From Pseudomonadota bacterium (lineage in GTDB: Bacteria > Bdellovibrionota_B > Oligoflexia > Oligoflexales > CAIMVM01): a stretch of DNA of 64,000 nucleotides. The stretch spans positions 1-64,000 of the forward strand of contig JBAXBA010000001.1 of assembly GCA_037142195.1 (NCBI GenBank), read 5' to 3'. Numbering within the stretch: the first letter of the stretch is position 1; every line of letters begins with the position of its first letter. The notes beneath the pieces are model-generated. The model saw nothing but the letters and a program-made list of their open reading frames with translations. It was not told the origin of the DNA and did no database searches. This document shows positions 57,539-64,000 of this stretch, one piece after another. The translations under genes were made by a program, and so were the position numbers.

Positions 57539-58786
57539 TTAATCCTGATTCCAGTTTTGCTTCACCTGGTTTTTTGATTCCAAATTTGTCTTTTTCCATT
57601 CGCGACCCCATCTTGCTTTTTCGGGACATGACTCTTCTTGATTAGACTGCAATCTCATCCAAAAATCCCATTTGTGTTCGCCTTTTGGCAAAGATGAGAC
57701 TTCGAAGTAGAGTCCTTGTGTGTCCGTGCCTGCCTCTACTGCTGGGACAAGTTTGTGATTTTCATCACTTGCCGTAGCCCAAAGCGGAAGAAAGTTCTTT
57801 TGGGCCAATGTCATGGGAATTTTCAACTGCATGGTAAGCAGGTCAGATGTTGATACTTGATAATTGCAATAGCCTAGACCGCATTTTTTAGCATCAATAG
57901 ATTGAGGATTGAGGCTTTCTTTAGAAACTTCTGAAATATTTTTTCTAGAAAAAGGAAGTCTGCTTTTCCAGGAATAGTAGATACCGCTTTTCTGATTCAA
58001 ATTCTTTGACAGGTCTCTTGGCGCATACATGATCATGGGTACATTTACCTGTCTCTCGTAGAAATACACGTCCGTAATGAGAGATAGTTTTATTTTGAAG
58101 AAAAGGAGGTTTAAGTAGAAAGAAACCTTTCCTACTAAACCTAAAGGGCCGAGCCTGAAATCTTCAAGTTTGCTTGTAATGGCGCTTGGGCCAAAGTTTA
58201 AATTGAAAAAGTTCTTGATGTCTAAATGGAAATTAATGTTGGAGTCATGAGCTACAGAGATCCATTTGTTGTCTTGAAGTAATTCAATGTTTTGAAACAA
58301 AATATGATTTTCAGGATTGAACGAGTATTTGTAGAATTTTGAACTGATGATTCCCTTTAAGGGGTCATAAAAAATTGGGGATTGCATGGTGTGAGCTTCT
58401 TCACATGCGAAAATCCAAGCTGTGCCTGAACTTCCCAGTATTTCGCGACCCCATTTATATTTACAAGGGGGTGTGACTGGTTGAGTCGAAGTACCAGGAT
58501 CCGTCATAAAAAACCGCATCCGATCATCAAAGCTAATGGGGTCTTTCAAATAGTCCTTAGAAGTTAAAATTAAGCCCCCTTCGCCGTCTGTGGGGTCAAT
58601 TTGTTGAGGGACTTCCTGCCACTTGGTCTGTTGGAACTCAAAAAGTCTTAGAGATTCCCTGCTATAGCCCTCCGCCCCAGACCCTCCTAAGCCCACCTCA
58701 AGGGGGCAGAATGCCTTACTAATTCCAGAGCAACTTATTAATATAATTGCGTTTATTAGATTAATTCTACTTGCGTATAGATTTAT
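57539..58786 (-). CDS. Exported hypothetical protein (start uncertain)
   Basis: Long ORF; the part beyond ~58790 is antisense overlap with queA. A signal-like N-terminus begins at ATA 58786 (GGAGG SD) or TTG 58807. Confidence 0.65.
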   Translation of the reverse strand: MNLYASRINLINAIILISCSGISKAFCPLEVGLGGSGAEGYSRESLRLFEFQQTKWQEVPQQIDPTDGEGGLILTSKDYLKDPISFDDRMRFFMTDPGTSTQPVTPPCKYKWGREILGSSGTAWIFACEEAHTMQSPIFYDPLKGIISSKFYKYSFNPENHILFQNIELLQDNKWISVAHDSNINFHLDIKNFFNLNFGPSAITSKLEDFRLGPLGLVGKVSFYLNLLFFKIKLSLITDVYFYERQVNVPMIMYAPRDLSKNLNQKSGIYYSWKSRLPFSRKNISEVSKESLNPQSIDAKKCGLGYCNYQVSTSDLLTMQLKIPMTLAQKNFLPLWATASDENHKLVPAVEAGTDTQGLYFEVSSLPKGEHKWDFWMRLQSNQEESCPEKARWGREWKKTNLESKNQVKQNWNQD

Positions 58787-58832
58787 TTTGCTGCCTCCAT
58801 TAAACAAGGCGCAAATAGGTTGTGAGGCAATT

Positions 58833-59939
58833 TTGATACTTAAAAAAAGTGACTTTTCTTTTGAATACCCGTCTGAGCTCATTGCGCAGCATGCTTCAGA
58901 TCGACGAGACAAATCTAGGCTTCTAGTACGAAGTCGAAATGGAAAAATGGAAGAAAAGCGATTTGACGACATTTCGAATATTCTTGCACCCAATAGTTTA
59001 ATCATAACTAATAATACACGGGTTTTTCCTAGCCGGCTATTTTGCAAAACCGCAAGTGGTGGGACCGTGGAAATTTTCTTACTCACCCTTCCCCTGCCCC
59101 ATTTAGATGGGTCGGAAGTAGACTGCTTAGTAAAGCCATTTCGCAAATTTAAGGTGGGTCAGGTTTTTAAATTTCCAGAGGGACTTTCGGCTACAGTCGG
59201 GTTGATTCTAGAGTTACCCTCCGGCCCAGCCATAAAGATGATATTTGATCGCTCCCCAGAAGATCTTCTGACTTGGTGTTCTTTGTGGGGAACGATTCCA
59301 TTGCCACCTTATATCAAGCGCCCTAAGTCGACTCCAGCACCAAATGAAGCTGATCGCCAGCGCTACCAAACAGTCTATGCCAAAGAGCAAGGAAGTGTGG
59401 CTGCCCCTACTGCAGGACTGCACTTTACGGAAGAAGTATTTCAGCGCCTCAAAGAAAAGGGCATTAGGCATTTGGAGCTTACCCTTCATGTGGGTGCGGG
59501 GACCTTTCTTCCGGTAAAATCAGAAGATATTTCTGAGCACTTCATGCACACTGAACGTTTTTTTGTTTCTTCTCAGACCTGGAATGAAGTTCTCGCTCAC
59601 AAAGACAAGGGAGGATCCATCGTTGCGGTTGGAACAACATCATTTCGTACCCTTGAATCGTTAGCCAGAATGGCGGGCGACAGTCTTGTTTCAGGACTTT
59701 CATTTTGTGATCAGTGGCAATCCACAGATTTGTTTATCCGGCCAAAAACAAAAGATGAACGGTATGTTCCACGAGTGATAAACACATTGGTGACAAATTT
59801 CCACCAGCCGGAGTCCACATTATTTATGCTTATCTGCGCCTTATTGGGCTACGAAGAGGCTCATCGGACTTACCGATGGGCTATTGAGAAAGAGTTTCAG
59901 CTATTTAGTTACGGAGACTCGAGCATTCTCGAGTTATAG
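58833..59939 (+). CDS. queA: tRNA preQ1(34) S-adenosylmethionine ribosyltransferase-isomerase
   Basis: DFSFEYPSELIAQH, NNTRVFPSRL, PLPPYIKR, RYQTVYA, GSVAAPTAGLHF, LHVGAGTF, AVGTT, TNFHQPESTL, FSYGDS. Confidence 0.98.
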   Translation: MILKKSDFSFEYPSELIAQHASDRRDKSRLLVRSRNGKMEEKRFDDISNILAPNSLIITNNTRVFPSRLFCKTASGGTVEIFLLTLPLPHLDGSEVDCLVKPFRKFKVGQVFKFPEGLSATVGLILELPSGPAIKMIFDRSPEDLLTWCSLWGTIPLPPYIKRPKSTPAPNEADRQRYQTVYAKEQGSVAAPTAGLHFTEEVFQRLKEKGIRHLELTLHVGAGTFLPVKSEDISEHFMHTERFFVSSQTWNEVLAHKDKGGSIVAVGTTSFRTLESLARMAGDSLVSGLSFCDQWQSTDLFIRPKTKDERYVPRVINTLVTNFHQPESTLFMLICALLGYEEAHRTYRWAIEKEFQLFSYGDSSILEL

Positions 59940-59993
59940 CAAGTCCCAATAGTCTAGCTAACGATGAATTTTTTAAGTCTTATTCATACCAGC

Positions 59994-60593
59994 TTAATTC
60001 GGGCTTTCAATGACCTTGACTAAAAGCTGCAAATCTTCAATTTGTTGCTTCAGCATATTTATCCGAATATCTCTCGTAGACACCTCAAACTCTTGAGCCT
60101 TCAGCCGCGCGTTCCACTCGAGTTCTTTCGCCTTGTATTTTTCCTCTGCCATTGCAATGGTTTTATTGGCAAATTCAAGCACCTCTGCAATCGATTGATT
60201 TCCAATTGTTTTTTGCTCGGCCTCAATAGGGAATTTTCCTTTGAAGCTTGGCATCGGGAAGCTTTCTGCCAGGGTTGAGCGGCCATTCTCATGTGATTCA
60301 AAATGGACCTTAGGAAGGGTCTCATGTTTAAAATCAAAATCTAAATGGGAGTTTTGCCTAACGGAATTCTTAATAAGAGGCGCCCCTTGATACAAACGAT
60401 TTTCTTTTTTACTTGGTAGAAAATCGCTTTCCCCTTCGGGATGGGGTCTGTGATCTGCATCGACAGGTATAAAATACTTCCCTTCTCTAAGGGTTGCGTA
60501 TAATTTCCCATTTTTTATCCGACGACGAACCGTCATATCAGAAACGCTGAATTGTCTGGCATATTCAATAATAGACATCCATTGTTGAGCCAT
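59994..60593 (-). CDS. Protein with N-terminal HTH_17/excisionase-like DNA-binding domain and C-terminal coiled coil
   Basis: WMSIIEYARQFSVSDMTVRRRIKNGKL...GKYFI; C-terminal heptads KQQIEDLQLLVKVIE. Confidence 0.7.
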   Translation of the reverse strand: MAQQWMSIIEYARQFSVSDMTVRRRIKNGKLYATLREGKYFIPVDADHRPHPEGESDFLPSKKENRLYQGAPLIKNSVRQNSHLDFDFKHETLPKVHFESHENGRSTLAESFPMPSFKGKFPIEAEQKTIGNQSIAEVLEFANKTIAMAEEKYKAKELEWNARLKAQEFEVSTRDIRINMLKQQIEDLQLLVKVIESPN

Positions 60594-60801
60594 GTGACTT
60601 CTCCCATCATTTAGCTTGAGCCTTCTAGAATTCTAAAACCTGAAGCTGGAAATTTGGTAGGAAAATTTAGGCCACTCAACCTATCGCTATAAAATGACAA
60701 AAAATCAGCCTCTTACGTCGAATCTCCTATGAGAATATGCGTAGGTAATTCTTGCGCGCCCGCCATAAAAGGGTAACTTTTTAATGCTGCATGAAAACAC
60801 T

Positions 60802-63252
60802 CTAAATACTTGTTACTTTTATGACCCCATCTACAGCGTCTACCAAAAGTCTAGATAACAAGCCTTTATCATTGGCAATTATAAAACTAGCGATCTCATT
60901 TTCTACGGTGCCTTCGATTTTTCTTCGAAGTGGTCTTGCTCCGTATTGATTGGAGTCTATAGACGCCAAAATAGCAGCCTTGGCTCGCTCTGTTACATCT
61001 AGTGTAAATCCCAACTCGGAAACCTTCTTTTGTAAGTCTTTAATTTGGATATCAAGGATCTTCGAAAACTCAGGCTGATCCAACCGATGAAAGACAATGA
61101 TCTCGTCAAATCGATTGATTAGTTCTGGGCGCAAGTGCTTCTTAACTTCCCCCATTACTGCATCTAGATCCTTTACGGAAAAACTTTCTTCATCACTTAC
61201 GGAAAGTCCAACGGGCTTCTTTTTGTCCATTAATATATTGGAGCCAATATTGGAGGTGCCTACAATAATGCAATTTTCAAAACTTACCGTCTCACCTTCT
61301 CCATCAGTCAAGCGGCCATCATCTAAAATTTGAAGCAAGACATTAAAGACATCAGGATGTGCTTTTTCAAATTCATCCAAAAGGACCACGGAGTAAGGAT
61401 TATTTTTTATCTTTTCTGTGAGTTGTCCGCCCTCGCCATAACCGACATATCCCGGCGGAGATCCGATGAGCTTAGCAACATCATGACGTTCCATAAACTC
61501 AGACATATCAAGTCTTATAATCTTTGTTTCATCGTCAAGCACCTGTTCAGCTAATGCTTTGGCAAGCTCGGTTTTTCCTACACCAGTTGGCCCAAGAAAC
61601 AAAAATGAGGCGATGGGGGCGTGTCGCCTCCTCAACCCTGATCGATTGCGGCGAATGGCATTAGCGGCGGAATGAACAGCATGATCTTGACCAATCACCC
61701 GGCCTCCAATTGCAACTTCCAAATTCTTTAATTTTTCGCGCTCTTCAGCGATCATTTTCTTAACGGGAATTCCCGTTTGCTGACTTACCACATGGGCGAT
61801 ATCTTCGGCATTAACGATTCTCGCGCCTTTCGCCAGCGTGGAATTGGACTTAAGACGGAGCTCTTGGATGGTTGCTTCTAAAAGAGCGATCTTCATTTGA
61901 AAGCTCGCCATTTTTTCAAAGTCTTGCTCGTTAAATGCGGCGAGTTTCTGCTCTTCAAGTTTTTGTCTCTCGGTTTCTGCTGCCCGCATTTCCGGCGGGG
62001 TATAGATCACCTTGATTCGTTTGGCAGATCCCGCTTCGTCGATCAGGTCAATGGCTTTATCCGGAAGCTGTCTTGAAAGTATATAGCGATGGGAAAGCTG
62101 CGCCGCTGCTTCCAAGGCCTCATCGCTGAATTCTATTTGATGGTGAGATTCATACTTGGGTCTGATGCCTTTTAAAATATCTATGGTCTCCAAAACGGAG
62201 GGCTCCCTGACTTTTACTTTCTGAAACCTTCGTTCTAGGGCCTTATCGGATTCAATGTATTTTTTAAATTCTTTATTTGTAGTAGCTCCAATGCATTGCA
62301 ACAGCCCTCGCGCCAAGGCAGGCTTTAGCATATTAGAAGCATCGAGCCCGCCCCCTGAGCGGCCTGCCCCAACAACTGTATGAATTTCGTCGATAAATAA
62401 AATGACACTGCCTGCTGAGGCGACGACCTCATCTCTGATGCCTTTGAGTCTTTCTTCAAACTCACCCTGCATTTTAGCGCCAGCTATGAGAGAACCCATT
62501 TCCAGGGATAATATACGTTTATTTAGCAGAAACTCAGGCACATCCGCTGAAATTATTTTTTGGGCTAAACCTTCTACGATAACGGTTTTACCTACACCAG
62601 GCTCCCCCACTAAAATGGGGTTATTCTTTTTGCGACGAGACAATATTTCAATCACGCGCGCAATTTCTTCATCTCTTCCTAATACGGGATCAAGGGCACC
62701 CCGTCGCGCTAAAAAGGTAATATCGGTTGTATATTCATCTAAGGTCGACTGCCGACTTTCCGAATCCTTTTGATTTATTTTTTGATTGCCTCTAATGGTT
62801 TTAAGAGCTTCTTTGGATTTTTCGTAATCCATACCAATCTGTTGAAGCAGAAGCGAGGTGCCAGGAACCCCTTTATCAAAGAACGCTAAAAAAAGAGTCC
62901 CCGTGGAAATATAGCCATCAGAAAACTTAGCCCGTTCTTTTTCAGCAGCTTCAAAGAGATTTGAAACGTCTTTAGACAGTCTGATGGACCCGGAGGCGTC
63001 TCTAAGTTGGATCGGGGGGATCGTGTTAAGATGATCAAGAAGAGCCTCGGTTATGGCTCTCCTCTTTGCTTCAATATCGAGTCCAAGTTCACTCATAATC
63101 TTAATCGCTATAGAGTCTTTTTGCTCCATGAGCGTGAGAAGGATGAATTCACTGGTCACCAAACCCTTTCTAAGGTTGGCAAGTTCAGAAATCGTCTTTT
63201 GGAGAATTTCTGCGACTTTCATCGTCGAATTTTTTAAAAATCGTTGCGGCAT
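60802..63252 (-). CDS. ClpC-like AAA+ unfoldase
   Basis: Clp N-repeats; NBD1 [17 protein letters not shown]-like middle domain; NBD2 [27 protein letters not shown]. Confidence 0.93.
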   Translation of the reverse strand: MPQRFLKNSTMKVAEILQKTISELANLRKGLVTSEFILLTLMEQKDSIAIKIMSELGLDIEAKRRAITEALLDHLNTIPPIQLRDASGSIRLSKDVSNLFEAAEKERAKFSDGYISTGTLFLAFFDKGVPGTSLLLQQIGMDYEKSKEALKTIRGNQKINQKDSESRQSTLDEYTTDITFLARRGALDPVLGRDEEIARVIEILSRRKKNNPILVGEPGVGKTVIVEGLAQKIISADVPEFLLNKRILSLEMGSLIAGAKMQGEFEERLKGIRDEVVASAGSVILFIDEIHTVVGAGRSGGGLDASNMLKPALARGLLQCIGATTNKEFKKYIESDKALERRFQKVKVREPSVLETIDILKGIRPKYESHHQIEFSDEALEAAAQLSHRYILSRQLPDKAIDLIDEAGSAKRIKVIYTPPEMRAAETERQKLEEQKLAAFNEQDFEKMASFQMKIALLEATIQELRLKSNSTLAKGARIVNAEDIAHVVSQQTGIPVKKMIAEEREKLKNLEVAIGGRVIGQDHAVHSAANAIRRNRSGLRRRHAPIASFLFLGPTGVGKTELAKALAEQVLDDETKIIRLDMSEFMERHDVAKLIGSPPGYVGYGEGGQLTEKIKNNPYSVVLLDEFEKAHPDVFNVLLQILDDGRLTDGEGETVSFENCIIVGTSNIGSNILMDKKKPVGLSVSDEESFSVKDLDAVMGEVKKHLRPELINRFDEIIVFHRLDQPEFSKILDIQIKDLQKKVSELGFTLDVTERAKAAILASIDSNQYGARPLRRKIEGTVENEIASFIIANDKGLLSRLLVDAVDGVIKVTSI

Positions 63253-63263
63253 AGGGTTCTCCT

Positions 63264-63902
63264 TTAAGAGAGCCTCTTTTGTCTCCTTCGCTCTAAAATA
63301 AGCGAATCAAACAGCCAAAATGAAGCTCCCACTGTTATGGCACTATCTGCCACATTAAAATTGGGGAATGCATAATACCAGCCGAAGATATTCCATCTGA
63401 AGTCGATCCAATCAATGACATATCCAAGTCTGAGGCGATCGATGAAGTTTCCGATCGCTCCTGACAAGATAAGAGTTAATCCGAATTGCGCAAGTCTGTG
63501 ACGAAAAGGAGTTTGTAACATGTACAAAAATATCATCCCTACGGCGAAAACCGTAATCAAATGAAATAGGGGCTCGCGAATCTTATCATCAATATTAGCA
63601 AAAGAACCCCATGCCGCTCCTGGATTTCTCACATAAGAAAAATTTAAAGATAGAAAGTTTGTCTTGCCGTCGTTTGTACCCAAAATAAAGACGGGGTGAA
63701 AGGAACCTTGATATTCTCGATGGTTATCTTCAGATGAATAGACCATGAGTTTCGACTCAGAGGCCAACTTCGTGGCTTGGTCGAGAATAATACTACCTGA
63801 CAGTAGGAGCACTAAGAACATAAACGAGAGATATACAGCTTTCCGAAGCTCTCCACTTAAAGGTAATGGCAAATGAAAGGGCGGCTCTTTTAAAATTTTC
63901 AT
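63264..63902 (-). CDS. lspA: Lipoprotein signal peptidase II
   Basis: LDQATK, RNPGAAWG, GAIGNFIDR, VIDWI, FNVADSAI. Start uncertain. Confidence 0.95.
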   Translation of the reverse strand: MKILKEPPFHLPLPLSGELRKAVYLSFMFLVLLLSGSIILDQATKLASESKLMVYSSEDNHREYQGSFHPVFILGTNDGKTNFLSLNFSYVRNPGAAWGSFANIDDKIREPLFHLITVFAVGMIFLYMLQTPFRHRLAQFGLTLILSGAIGNFIDRLRLGYVIDWIDFRWNIFGWYYAFPNFNVADSAITVGASFWLFDSLILERRRQKRLS

Positions 63903-64000
63903 AACTTTCCTTGTGCTTAGGCAGGGCATCGTGACATTGTAGCAGAGCAATTCTATTGTGAGAACGGACTTAGTAATGTTTCATGCACCTGCCTATATTT

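Noticed and set aside
58790..59146. N-terminal 120 aa of the 535-aa minus-strand ORF
   Set aside because: Antisense shadow of queA, whose conserved N-terminus occupies the plus strand.
59994..60593. Prophage excisionase
   Set aside because: No phage or integrase genes nearby; flanked by housekeeping genes.
1..64000. CRISPR arrays, rRNA genes, IS/transposases and the many short antisense ORFs in the track
   Set aside because: No regularly spaced repeats, rRNA-like sequence or transposase motifs seen by eye; the short ORFs are shadows of well-supported genes.

Overview
Bacterial chromosome segment of roughly 40-45% GC (estimated by eye). Gene content and style suggest a Gram-negative Oligoflexia/Bdellovibrionota-like organism; this is an inference, as no rRNA is present. 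The backbone is housekeeping: rpmI-rplT, a suhB-like IMPase, an RNase Y-like gene, a DEAD-box helicase, dnaK, lpxC, pyrF, recN, cls, tRNA-Lys/tRNA-Glu, scpA-scpB-rluB, queA, a ClpC-like ATPase and lspA. The best candidate for an undescribed system is at ~43.9-54.6 kb. It has a single membrane protein that appears to fuse a FliF-type ring-building motif (RBM3) and a TM helix to FliG middle and C-terminal (torque) domains. It is clustered with MotA, MotB, a PEGA/TPR-like lipoprotein, an outer-membrane beta-barrel, a FecR-like protein and a HAMP-SpoIIE phosphatase, with a sigma28-like promoter and no rod, hook, export or switch genes in the window. This reads as a possible stand-alone, non-flagellar rotor-stator machine. 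Other notable items: a CheR-REC-CheB fusion; an RNase Y lacking the KH GxxG loop; a pair of catalytically eroded FadI/FadJ-like proteins; a LuxE-LuxC fusion; a bufferin-type RiPP locus with fused DUF692-DUF2063; a CheA-like sensor kinase pseudogene with several lesions; and a sigma54/IHF-type promoter before lpxC. All family calls come from motif recognition by eye; no searches were run.
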